NCBI GenBank assembly: GCA_009914755.4
Contig: CP086569.2
Location: 53,120,001 to 53,184,000, forward strand
Direction: 5' to 3'
Length of the DNA: 64,000 nt
DNA from: the human T2T-CHM13v2.0 reference genome, Homo sapiens
How positions within the stretch are numbered: the first letter of the stretch is position 1; every line of letters begins with the position of its first letter. Of this stretch, positions 41,445 to 55,625 are shown piece after piece. Under the pieces are notes generated by a model. That model did no database searches. It was given only the letters and a program-made list of their open reading frames with translations, and was not told where the DNA came from. Both the position numbers and the translations under genes were made by a program.

Positions 41445-44400
41445 GGACTCGTTTGGAATGGTCTAGTATGCAATGCAATCGACTGGCAGGGAATCAAAAG
41501 GAATGTAATCGAATGGATTGGACTGGAATGCAATGGACTCGAATAGATTGGAAATGGAAAGCAAAGGAATGGAATGGAATAGTATGGAATGGAATGGAAA
41601 GGAATGGAGTGGAATAGACTAGAGTGGAATGGAATGGACTGGAAAGCAATGGGCTGGAATGGAACTTTCTTGAATGGACTGGAATCAAACGGAATGGAAT
41701 GCAATGCAATCAAATGGCATGGAATAAAATAGAATGAAAGAGAATCAAATGGAATTGAATCGAATGGAATCGAATGGATTGGAAAGGAATAGAATGGAAT
41801 GGAATGGAATTGACTCAAATGGAATGGACTAGAATGGAATGGATTCGAATGGAAGGCAAAGGAATGGAATCTATTGGAATGGACTGTAATGGAATGGAAT
41901 GGAAGGGATTGGAATGGACTCGAATGGAATGGACTGCAGTAGAAAGGATTCGAATGGAATGAAAAAGAATTGAATGGAATAGAACAGAATGGAATCAAAT
42001 CGAATGAAATGGAATGGAATAGAAAGGAATGGAATGAAATGGAATGGAAAGGATTCGAATGGAATGCAATCGAATGGAATGAAATCGAATGGAATGGAAT
42101 CGAACGGAATGGAATAAAATGGAAGAAAACTGGCAAGAAATGGAATCGAAATGAATGGAGTGTTATGGAACGGACTCAAAAGGAATTGAATGTAATAGAA
42201 TGGAGTGGAGTGGACTCGAATATAATGGACTAGAATGGAATGAAATCACATGGAATGGGAACGAATGGAATGGAATGGAAAGGAATGGAATCGAATGGAA
42301 AGGAATCGAATGGAAGGGAATGAAATTGAATCAACAGGAATGGAAGGGAGTAGAATAGACGGTAATGGAATGGACTCGAATAGAATGGACACGAATGCTC
42401 AAATTGAATGGACTCGAATGGAATGGCAACGAAAGGAATGTCATCGAATGGAATTGAATCGATTGGAATGAAATCACATAGAATGGAGTGGAATCAAATG
42501 GAATTGAATCGAAAGGAAAGGAAGCGAATGGACTGAAATGAAATGGAATGGAATTGAATGGAAATTAATGCAATGGAATAGAATGGAACGAAATTTCACG
42601 GAATGGAATCAAACTGAATGGAATCAAATCAATGGAATATAATCAAATGGAATGGAAAGGAATTGAATGGAGTAGATTGGATTGGATGGGATTGGAATGA
42701 AATGTACTGGAAAGGACTCGAATTTCATGAAACGGAATGGAATGAATTAGAACGGAATGGACTCGAATGGAATGGAATGTCATGGAATGGCATCAAATGG
42801 AATGGAATCGAATGCGATGGAATGCTATGGAATGGAATGGAATGCATTGGAATGGAATGTCCTCTAATGGAATGTATTCGAGTGGAATGGAATCGAATAT
42901 AATGGAGTCTAATGAAATGGAATTGAAAGGAATGGGACCGAATACAATGGAATATACTGGAATGTAATGTAATGAACTCGAATGTAATTGACTGGAATGG
43001 AATGTACATGAATGGAATGTAATCGAATGGAAAGCAATCCAATGGAATAGAATCTAATGCAATAAAATCGACTCAAATAGAGTAGAATGTAATGGAATGG
43101 AGTACAGTGCAATGGAATGGAATGGAATGGAATGCAATGGAATGGAATGGAATGGAATGGGATGGAATGGTATGGAATGGATAGTAATGGACTGGAGTGA
43201 AATGGACTGGAAAAGAATGGACTCAAATTGAAAGGGCTCGAAAGGAATGGAGTCAAATGGAATGGTCTGGAATGGAATGAACACGAATGTAATGCAATCC
43301 AATAGAATGGAATCGAATGGCATGGAATATAAAGAAATGGAATCGAAGAGAATGGAAACAAATGGAATGGAATTGAATGGAATGGAATTGAATGGAATGG
43401 GAACGAATGGAGTGAAATTGTATGCAGTAGAAGAGAATAGAATGGAATGCAAGCGAAAGGAAAGGAATGGATTGGAATGGAATGGAATTCATTGGAATGG
43501 AAGGGAATGTAGTGTAATGGACAGGCCTGGAATAAAGTGGAATGCTACGGTCTCGAATGGAATAAAAATGTATGGAATGGAATGCAATGAAACGGAATCG
43601 AATGTCATAGAATGTAATGGAATGCAAAAAAATGGACTCCAAAATCATTGACTGGAAAGGCTGGGTGTCGAAAGGAATTGACTCCAATGGAATGGAATCG
43701 AATGGAATGGAAGTGAATAGAATCGAACTAAATCGAATGGAATGGAATTGATAGGAACGGAATGGAAAGGAATGCAATGATTTCGCATGGAATGGAATCG
43801 AATGGCATCGAATGGAATGGAATGGAATGCAATGGAATGGAATGTATTAGAATGTAATGAACTTTAATGGAATGTACTCGAATGGATTCGACTGGAATGG
43901 AATGTTCTGGAAGTGAATGGACTCCAATGGAATGGATTCGAAAGGAATGGAATCTAATGGAATGGAATTAAATGGAAATGAATCAAATTGAATAGCACGG
44001 AATTGAATTGAATGGAATCGAATGCAATGGAATCTAATGAAACGGAAAGGAAAGGAATGGAATGGATTGGAATGGAATGGGCTGGAATGGAATGGAATCG
44101 AAACGAATGGAATGGAATCGAACTGAAGAGACTGGAATGGAATGCACTGGAATGGAAGGGAATGTAATGGAAGGTTCTCGAAAAAAATGGAATCGAAAGG
44201 AATGGAATTGAATGGAACGGAATAGAGTCGAATGGAATTGAATGGAATGGAATGGACTAGAGTGAAATGGAATCGAACCACAAGGAATGGACAGGAATAG
44301 AATGGTCTCGAATTGAATGGAATCGTATGGAATGGCATCAAACGGAATGGAATGGACAGCCACGGAATGGAATGGACACCCACGGAATGGAATGCACTCG

Positions 44401-44993
44401 AATGCAATGGAGTCGACACTAATGGACTGGAATAGAATGGACTCGACTGGTACGGACTCCAATGGAATGGAATCGAATGGAAGGGAATCGAACGGAATGG
44501 ACTCGAAGGGAAAAGACTGCAATGGAAAGGTCTCGAATGGAATGGAAATTAATGGAATGGAATGGAATCGAATGAAATGGAGTCAAAAGGAATGGAATCG
44601 AATGGCAAGAAATCGAATGTAATGGAATCGCAAGGAATTGATGTGAACGGAACGGAATGGAATGGAATCCAAAGGAATGGAATAGAATGGAATGGAATCG
44701 AATGGAAAGGACTCGAATGGAAATCACTCGAATAGAATGCAATTTAATAAAATAGGATCAAATGTAATGGAATGGAATGGAAAGGAATCGAAACGAAAGG
44801 AATGGAGACAGATGGAATGGAATGGAACAGAGAGCAATGGTATAGAATGGAATGGAATCATCTGGAATGGAATTGAATGGAATGGAATAATATGAAATGG
44901 AATGGAATGGAATGGAATGCCCTTGAATTAAATGGACTGGAATGGAATGGACTCGAACAGAGTGGAATGGAAAGTGTTGAAATAGAATGGAAT
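41445..44993. repeat. DYZ1-like unit 9, 3549 bp, a mosaic of A-like and B-like variants.
   Basis: It is B-like at 42618..42902 and 43847..44419 but A-like at 43247..43651 ('ECNGMQKNG') and 43253..43777 ('ESIFLHSITFY'). Confidence 0.8.
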
Positions 44994-47900
44994 GGACTCG
45001 TTTGGAATGGTCTAGTATGCAATGCAATCGACTGGCAGGGAATCAAAAGGAATGTAATCGAATGGATTGGACTGGAATGCAATGGACTCGAATAGATTGG
45101 AAATGGAAAGCAAAGGAATGGAATGGAATAGTATGGAATGGAATGGAAAGGAATGGAGTGGAATAGACTAGAGTGGAATGGAATGGACTGGAAAGCAATG
45201 GGCTGGAATGGAACTTTCTTGAATGGACTGGAATCAAACGGAATGGAATGCAATGCAATCAAATGGCATGGAATAAAATAGAATGAAAGAGAATCAAATG
45301 GAATTGAATCGAATGGAATCGAATGGATTGGAAAGGAATAGAATGGAATGGAATGGAATTGACTCAAATGGAATGGACTAGAATGGAATGGATTCGAATG
45401 GAAGGCAAAGGAATGGAATCTATTGGAATGGACTGTAATGGAATGGAATGGAAGGGATTGGAATGGACTCGAATGGAATGGACTGCAGTAGAAAGGATTC
45501 GAATGGAATGAAAAAGAATTGAATGGAATAGAACAGAATGGAATCAAATCGAATGAAATGGAATGGAATAGAAAGGAATGGAATGAAATGGAATGGAAAG
45601 GATTCGAATGGAATGCAATCGAATGGAATGAAATCGAATGGAATGGAATCGAACGGAATGGAATAAAATGGAAGAAAACTGGCAAGAAATGGAATCGAAA
45701 TGAATGGAGTGTTATGGAACGGACTCAAAAGGAATTGAATGTAATAGAATGGAGTGGAGTGGACTCGAATATAATGGACTAGAATGGAATGAAATCACAT
45801 GGAATGGGAACGAATGGAATGGAATGGAAAGGAATGGAATCGAATGGAAAGGAATCGAATGGAAGGGAATGAAATTGAATCAACAGGAATGGAAGGGAGT
45901 AGAATAGACGGTAATGGAATGGACTCGAATAGAATGGACACGAATGCTCAAATTGAATGGACTCGAATGGAATGGCAACGAAAGGAATGTCATCGAATGG
46001 AATTGAATCGATTGGAATGAAATCACATAGAATGGAGTGGAATCAAATGGAATTGAATCGAAAGGAAAGGAAGCGAATGGACTGAAATGAAATGGAATGG
46101 AATTGAATGGAAATTAATGCAATGGAATAGAATGGAACGAAATTTCACGGAATGGAATCAAACTGAATGGAATCAAATCAATGGAATATAATCAAATGGA
46201 ATGGAAAGGAATTGAATGGAGTAGATTGGATTGGATGGGATTGGAATGAAATGTACTGGAAAGGACTCGAATTTCATGAAACGGAATGGAATGAATTAGA
46301 ACGGAATGGACTCGAATGGAATGGAATGTCATGGAATGGCATCAAATGGAATGGAATCGAATGCGATGGAATGCTATGGAATGGAATGGAATGCATTGGA
46401 ATGGAATGTCCTCTAATGGAATGTATTCGAGTGGAATGGAATCGAATATAATGGAGTCTAATGAAATGGAATTGAAAGGAATGGGACCGAATACAATGGA
46501 ATATACTGGAATGTAATGTAATGAACTCGAATGTAATTGACTGGAATGGAATGTACATGAATGGAATGTAATCGAATGGAAAGCAATCCAATGGAATAGA
46601 ATCTAATGCAATAAAATCGACTCAAATAGAGTAGAATGTAATGGAATGGAGTACAGTGCAATGGAATGGAATGGAATGGAATGCAATGGAATGGAATGGA
46701 ATGGAATGGGATGGAATGGTATGGAATGGATAGTAATGGACTGGAGTGAAATGGACTGGAAAAGAATGGACTCAAATTGAAAGGGCTCGAAAGGAATGGA
46801 GTCAAATGGAATGGTCTGGAATGGAATGAACACGAATGTAATGCAATCCAATAGAATGGAATCGAATGGCATGGAATATAAAGAAATGGAATCGAAGAGA
46901 ATGGAAACAAATGGAATGGAATTGAATGGAATGGAATTGAATGGAATGGGAACGAATGGAGTGAAATTGTATGCAGTAGAAGAGAATAGAATGGAATGCA
47001 AGCGAAAGGAAAGGAATGGATTGGAATGGAATGGAATTCATTGGAATGGAAGGGAATGTAGTGTAATGGACAGGCCTGGAATAAAGTGGAATGCTACGGT
47101 CTCGAATGGAATAAAAATGTATGGAACGGAATGCAATGAAACGGAATCGAATGTCATAGAATGTAATGGAATGCAAAAAAATGGACTCCAAAATCATTGA
47201 CTGGAAAGGCTGGGTGTCGAAAGGAATTGACTCCAATGGAATGGAATCGAATGGAATGGAAGTGAATAGAATCGAACTAAATCGAATGGAATGGAATTGA
47301 TAGGAACGGAATGGAAAGGAATGCAATGATTTGGCATGGAATGGAATCGAATGGCATCGAATGGAATGGAATGGAATGCAATGGAATGGAATGTATTAGA
47401 ATGTAATGAACTTTAATGGAATGTACTCGAATGGATTCGACTGGAATGGAATGTTCTCGAAGTGAATGGACTCCAATGGAATGGATTCGAAAGGAATGGA
47501 ATCTAATGGAATGGAATTAAATGGAAATGAATCAAATTGAATAGAACGGAATTGAATTGAATGGAATCGAATGCAATGGAATCTAATGAAACGGAAAGGA
47601 AAGGAATGGAATGGATTGGAATGGAATGGGCTGGAATGGAATGGAATCGAAACGAATGGAATGGAATCGAACTGAAGAGACTGGAATGGAATGCACTGGA
47701 ATGGAAGGGAATGTAATGGAAGGTCCTCGAAAAAAATGGAATCGAAAGGAATGGAATTGAATGGAACGGAATAGAGTCGAATGGAATTGAATGGAATGGA
47801 ATGGACTAGAGTGAAATGGAATCGAACCACAAGGAATGGACAGGAATAGAATGGTCTCGAATTGAATGGAATCGTATGGAATGGCATCAAACGGAATGGA

Positions 47901-48542
47901 ATGGACAGCCACGGAATGGAATGGACACCCACGGAATGGAATGCACTCGAATGCAATGGAGTCGACACTAATGGACTGGAATAGAATGGACTCGACTGGT
48001 ACGGACTCCAATGGAATGGAATCGAAAGGAAGGGAATCGAAAGGAATGGACTCGAAGGGAAAAGACTGCAATGGAAAGGTCTCCAATGGAATGGAAATTA
48101 ATGGAATGGAATGGAATCGAATGAAATGGAGTCAAAAGGAATGGAATCGAATGGCAAGAAATCGAATGTAATGGAATCGCAAGGAATTGATGTGAACGGA
48201 ACGGAATGGAATGGAATCCAAAGGAATGGAATAGAATGGAATGGAATCGAATGGAAAGGACTCGAATGGAAATCACTCGAATAGAATGCAATTTAATAAA
48301 ATAGGATCAAATGTAATGGAATGGAATGGAAAGGAATCGAAACGAAAGGAATGGAGACAGATGGAATGGAATGGAACAGAGAGCAATGGTATAGAATGGA
48401 ATGGAATCATCTGGAATGGAATTGAATGGAATGGAATAATATGAAATGGAATGGAATGGAATGGAATGCCCTTGAATTAAATGGACTGGAATGCAATGGA
48501 CTCGAACAGAGTGGAATGGAAAGTGTTGAAATAGAATGGAAT
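44994..48542. repeat. DYZ1-like unit 10, 3549 bp.
   Basis: Anchor spacing. Confidence 0.85.
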
Positions 48543-51500
48543 GGACTCATTTGGAATGGTCTAGTATGCAATGCAATCGACTGGCAGGGAATCAAAAGGA
48601 ATGTAATCGAATGGATTGGACTGGAATGCAATGGACTCGAATAGATTGGAAGCGGAAAGCAAAGGAATGGAATGGAATAGTATGGAATGGAATGCAAAGG
48701 AATGGAGTGGAATAGACTAGAGTGGAATGGAATGGACTCGAAAGCAATGGACTGGAATGGAACTTTCTTGAATGGACTGGAATCAAACGGAATGGAATGC
48801 AATGCAATCAAATGGCATGGAATAAAATAGAATGAAAGAGAATCAAATGGAATTGAATCGAATGGAATCGAATGGATTGGAAAGGAATAGAATGGAATGG
48901 AATGGAATTGACTCAAATGGAATGGACTAGAATGGAATGGATTCGAATGGAAGGCAAAGGAATGGAATCTATTGGAATGGACTGTAATGGAATGGAATGG
49001 AAGGGATTGGAATGGACTCGAATGGAATGCGCTGCAATAGAAAGGATTCGAATGGAATGAAAAAGAATTGAATGGAATAGAACAGAATGGAATCAAATCG
49101 AATGAAATGGAATGGAATAGAAAGGAATGCAATGAAATGGAATGGAAAGGATTCGAATGGAATGCAATCGAATGGAATGAAATCGAATGGAATGGAATCG
49201 AACGGAATGGAATAAAATGGAAGAAAACTGGCAAGAAATGGAGTCGAAATGAATGGAGTGTTATGGAACGGACTCAAAAGGAATTGAATGTAATAGAATG
49301 GAGTGGAGTGGACTCGAATATAATGGACTGGAGTGGAATGAAATCACATGGAATGGGAACGAATGGAATGGAATGGAAAGGAATGGAATCGAATGGAAAG
49401 GAATCGAATGGAAGGGAATGAAATTGAATCAACAGGAATGGAAGGGAGTAGAATAGACGGTAATGGAATGGACTCGAATAGAATGGACACGAATGCTCAA
49501 ATTGAATGGACTCGAATGGAATGGAAACGAAAGGAATGTCATCGAATGGAATTGAATCTATTGGAATGAAATCACATAGAATGGAGTGGAATCAAATGGA
49601 ATTGAATCGAAAGGAAAGGAAGCGAATGGACTGAAATGAAATGGAATGGAATTGAATGGAAATTAATGCAATGGAATAGAATGGAACGAAATTTCACGGA
49701 ATGGAATCAAACTGAATGGAATCAAATCAATGGAATATAATCAAATGGAATGGAAAGGAATTGAATGGAGTAGATTGGATTGGATGGGATTGGAATGAAA
49801 TGTACTGGAAAGGACTCGAATTTCATGAAACGGAATGGAATGAATTAGAACGGAATGGACTCGAATGGAATGGAATGTCATGGAATGGCATCAAATGGAA
49901 TGGAATCGAATGCGATGGAATGCTATGGAATAGAATGGAATGCATTGGAATGGAATGTCCTCTAATGGAATGGATTCGAGTGGAATGGAATCGAATATAA
50001 TGGAGTCTAATGAAATAGAATTGAAAGGAATGGGACCGAATACAATGGAATATACTGGAATGTAATGTAATGAACTCGAATGTAATTGACTGGAATGGAA
50101 TGTACATGAATGGAATGTAATCGAATGGAAAGCAATCCAATGGAATAGAATCTAATGCAATAAAATCGAGTCAAATAGAGTAGAATGTAATGGAATGGAG
50201 TGCAGTGCAATGGAATGGAATGGAATGGAATGCAATGGAATGGAATGGAATGGAATGGGATGGAATGGTATGGAATGGATAGTAATGGACTGGAGTGAAA
50301 TGGACTGGAAAAGAATGGACTCAAATTGAAAGGGCTCGAAAGGAATGGAGTCAAATGGAATGGTCTGGAATGGAATGAACACGAATGTAATGCAATCCAA
50401 TAGAATGGAATCGAATGGCATGGAATATAAAGAAATGGAATCGAAGAGAATGGAAACAAATGGAATGGAATTGAATGGAATGGGAACGAATGGAGTGAAA
50501 TTGTATGCAGTAGAAGAGAATAGAATGGAATGCAAGCGAAAGGAAAGGAATGGATTGGAATGGAATGGAATTCATTGGAATGGAAGGGAATGTAGTGTAA
50601 TGGACAGGCCTGGAATAAAGTGGAATGCTACGGTCTCGAATGGAATAAAAATGTATGGAATGGAATGCAATGAAACGGAATCGAATGTCATAGAATGTAA
50701 TGGAATGCAAAAAAATGGACTCCAAAATCATTGACTGGAAAGGCTGGGTGTCGAAAGGAATTGACTCCAATGGAATGGAATCGAATGGAATGGAAGTGAA
50801 TAGAATCGAACTAAATCGAATGGAATGGAATTGATAGGAACGGAATGGAAAGGAATGCAATGATTTGGCATGGAATGGAATCGAATGGCATCGAATGGAA
50901 TGGAATGGAATGCAATGGAATGGAATGTATTATAATGTAATGAACTTTAATGGAATGTACTCGAATGGATTCGACTGGAATGGAATGTTCTCGAAGTGAA
51001 TGGACTCCAATGGAATGGATTCGAAAGGAATGGAATCTAATGGAATGGAATTAAACGGAAATGAATCAAATTGAATAGAACGGAATTGAATTGAATGGAA
51101 TCGAATGCAATGGAATCTAATGAAACGGAAAGGAATGGAATGGAATGGGCTGGAATGGAATGGAATCGAAACGAATGGAATGGAATCGAACTGAAGAGAC
51201 TGGAATGGAATGCACTGGAATGGAAGGGAATGTAATGGAAGGTTCTCGAAAAAAATGGAATCGAAAGGAATGGAATTGAATGGAACGGAATAGAGTCGAA
51301 TGGAATTCAATGGAATGGAATGGACTAGAGTGAAATGGAATCGAACCACAAGGAATGGACAGGAATAGAATGGTCTCGAATTGAATGGAATCGTATGGAA
51401 TGGCATCAAACGGAATGGAATGGACAGCCACGGAATGGAATGGACACCCACGGAATGGAATGCACTCGAATGCAATGGAGTCGACACTAATGGACTGGAA

Positions 51501-52061
51501 TAGAATGGAGTCGACTGGTACGGACTCCAATGGAATGGAATCGAATTGAAGGGAATCGAACGGAATGGACTCGAAGGGAAAAGACTGCAATGGAATGGTC
51601 TCCAATGGAATGGAAATTAATGGAATGGAATGGAATCGAATGAAATGGAGTCAAAAGGAATGGAATCGAATGGCAAGAAATCGAATGTAATGGAATCGCA
51701 AGGAATTGATGTGAACGGAACGGAATGGAATGGAATCCAAAGGAATGGAATAGAATGGAATGGAATCGAATGGAAAGGACTCGAATGGAAATCACTCGAA
51801 TAGAATGCAATTTAATAAAATAGGATCAAATGTAATGGAATGGAATGGAAAGGAATCGAAACGAAAGGAATGGAGACAGATGGAATGGAATGGAACAGAG
51901 AGCAATGGTATAGAATGGAATGGAATCATCTGGAATGGAATTGAATGGAATGGAATAATATGAAATGGAATGGAATGTAATGGAATGCCCTTGAATTAAA
52001 TGGACTGGAATGGAATGGACTCGAACAGAGTGGAATGGAAAGTGTTGAAATAGAATGGAAT
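48543..52061. repeat. DYZ1-like unit 11, 3519 bp.
   Basis: Anchor spacing. Confidence 0.85.
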
Positions 52062-55000
52062 GGACTCGTTTGGAATGGTCTAGTATGCAATGCAATAGAC
52101 TGGCAGGGAATCAAAAGGAATGTAATCGAACGGATTGGACTGGAATGCAATGGACTCGAATAGATTGGAAACGGAAAGCAAAGGAATGGAATGGAATAGT
52201 ATGGAATGGAATGCAAAGGAATGGAGTGGAATAGACTAGAGTGGAATGGAATGGACTCGAAAGCAATGGACTGGAATGGAACTTCCTTGAATGGACTGGA
52301 ATCAAACGGAATGGAATGCAATGCAATCAAATGGCATGGAATAAAATAGAATGAAAGAGAATCAAATGGAATTGAATCGAATGGAATCGAATGGATTGGA
52401 AAGGAATAGAATGGAATGGAATGGAATTGACTCAAATGGAATGGACTAGAATGGAATGGATTCGAATGGAAGGCAAAGGAATGGAATCTATTGGAATGGA
52501 CTGTAATGGAATGGAATGGAAGGGATTGGAATGGACTCGAATGGAATGGACTGCAGTAGAAAGGATTCGAATGGAATGAAAAAGAATTGAATGGAATAGA
52601 ACAGAATGGAATCAAATCGAATGAAATGGAATGGAATAGAAAGGAATGGAATGAAATGGAATGGAAAGGATTCGAATGGAATGCAATCGAATGGAATGAA
52701 ATCGAATGGAATGGAATCGAACGGAATGGAATAAAATGGAAGAAAACTGGCAAGAAATGGAATCGAAATGAATGGAGTGTTATGGAACGGACTCAAAAGG
52801 AATTGAATGTAATAGAATGGAGTGGAGTGGACTCGAATATAATGGACTGGAATGGAATGAAATCACATGGAATGGGAACGAATGGAATGGAATGGAAAGG
52901 AATGGAATCGAATGGAAAGGAATCGAATGGAAGGGAATGAAATTGAATCAACAGGAATGGAAGGGAGTAGAATAGACGGTAATGGAATGGACTCGAATAG
53001 AATGGACACGAATGCTCAAATTGAATGGACTCGAATGGAATGGAAACGAAAGGAATGTCATCGAATGGAATTGAATCGATTGGAATGAAATCACATAGAA
53101 TGGAGTGGAATCAAATGGAATTGAATCGAAAGGAAAGGAAGCGAATGGACTGAAATGAAATGGAATGGAATTGAATGGAAATTAATGCAATGGAATAGAA
53201 TGGAACGAAATTTCACGGAATGGAATCAAACTGAATGGAATCAAATCAATGGAATATAATCAAATGGAATGGAAAGGAATTGAATGGAGTAGATTGGATT
53301 GGATGGGATTGGAATGAAATGTACTGGAAAGGACTCGAATTTCATGAAACGGAATGGAATGAATTAGAACGGAATGGACTCGAATGGAATGGAATGTCAT
53401 GGAATGGCATCAAATGGAATGGAATCGAATGCGATGGAATGCTATGGAATAGAATGGAATGCATTGGAATGGAATGTCCTCTAATGGAATGTATTCGAGT
53501 GGAATGGAATCGAATATAATGGAGTCTAATGAAATGGAATTGAAAGGAATGGGACCGAATATAATGGAATATACTGGAATGTAATGTAATGAACTCGAAT
53601 GTAATTGACTGGAATGGAATGTACATGAATGGAATGTAATCGAATGGAAAGCAATCCAATGGAATAGAATCTAATGCAATAAAATCGACTCAAATAGAGT
53701 AGAATGTAATGGAATGGAGTGCAGTGCAATGGAATGGAATGGAATGGAATGCAATGGAATGGAATGGAATGGAATGGAATGGAATGGGATAGAATGGTAT
53801 GGAATGGATAGTAATGGACTGGAGTGAAATGGACTGGAAAAGAATGGACTCAAATTGAAAGGGCTCGAAAGGAATGGAGTCAAATGGAATGGTCTGGAAT
53901 GGAATGAACACGAATGTAATGCAATCCAATAGAATGGAATCGAATGGCATGGAATATAAAGAAATGGAATCGAAGAGAATGGAAACAAATGGAATGGAAT
54001 TGAATGGAATGGAATTGAATGGAATGGGAATGAATGGAGTGAAATTGTATGCAGTAGAAGAGAATAGAATGGAATGCAAGCGAAAGGAAAGGAATGGATT
54101 GGAATGGAATGGAATTCATTGGAATGGAAGGGAATGTAGTGTAATGGACAGGCCTGGAATAAAGTGGAATGCTACGGTCTCGAATGGAATAAAAATGTAT
54201 GGAATGGAATGCAATGAAACGGAATCGAATGTCATAGAATGTAATGGAATGCAAAAAAATGGACTCCAAAATCATTGACTGGAAAGGCTGGGTGTCGAAA
54301 GGAATTGACTCCAATGGAATGGAATCGAATGGAATGGAAGTGAATAGAATCGAACTAAATCGAATGGAATGGAATTGATAGGAACGGAATGGAAAGGAAT
54401 GCAATGATTTGGCATGGAATGGAATCGAATGGCATCGAATGGAATGGAATGGAATGCAATGGAATGGAATGTATTAGAATGTAATGAACTTTAATGGAAT
54501 GTACTCGAATGGATTCGACTGGAATGGAATGTTCTCGAAGTGAATGGACTCCAATGGAATGGATTCGAAAGGAATGGAATCTAATGGAATGGAATTAAAT
54601 GGAAATGAATCAAATTGAATAGAACGGAATTGAATTGAATGGAATCGAATGCAATGGAATCTAATGAAACGGAAAGGAAAGGAATGGAATGGATTGGAAT
54701 GGAATGGGCTGGAATGGAATGGAATCGAAACGAATGGAATGGAATCGAACTGAAGAGACTGGAATGGAATGCACTGGAATGGAAGGGAATGTAATGGAAG
54801 GTTCTCGAAAAAAATGGAATCGAAAGGAATGGAATTGAATGGAACGGAATAGAGTCGAATGGAATTCAATGGAATGGAATGGACTAGAGTGAAATGGAAT
54901 CGAACCACAAGGAATGGACAGGAATAGAATGGTCTCGAATTGAATGGAATCGTATGGAATGGCATCAAACGGAATGGAATGGACAGCCACGGAATGGAAT

Positions 55001-55625
55001 GGACACCCACGGAATGGAATGCACTCGAATGCAATGGAGTCGACACTAATGGACTGGAATAGAATGGACTCGACTGGTACGGACTCCAATGGAATGGAAT
55101 CGAATGGAAGGGAATCGAAAGGAATGGACTCGAAGGGAAAAGACTGCAATGGAAAGGTCTCCAATGGAATGGAAATTAATGGAATGGAATGGAATCGAAT
55201 GAAATGGAGTCAAAAGGAATGGAATCGAATGGCAAGAAATCGAATGTAATGGAATCGCAAGGAATTGATGTGAACGGAACGGAATGGAATGGAATCCAAA
55301 GGAATGGAATAGAATGGAATGGAATCGAATGGAAAGGACTCGAATGGAAATCACTCGAATAGAATGCAATTTAATAAAGTAGGATCAAATGTAATGGAAT
55401 GGAATGGAAAGGAATGGAAACGAAAGGAATGGAGACAGATGGAATGGAATGGTACAGAGAGCAATGGTATAGAATGGAATGGAATCATCTGGAATGGAAG
55501 TGAATGGAATGGAATAATATGAAATGGAATGGAATTTAATGGAATGGAATGCCCTTGTATTAAATGGACTGGAATGGAATGGACTCGAACAGAGTGGAAT
55601 GGAAAGTGTTGAAATAGAATGGAAT
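52062..55625. repeat. DYZ1-like unit 12, 3564 bp.
   Basis: Anchor spacing. Confidence 0.85.
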
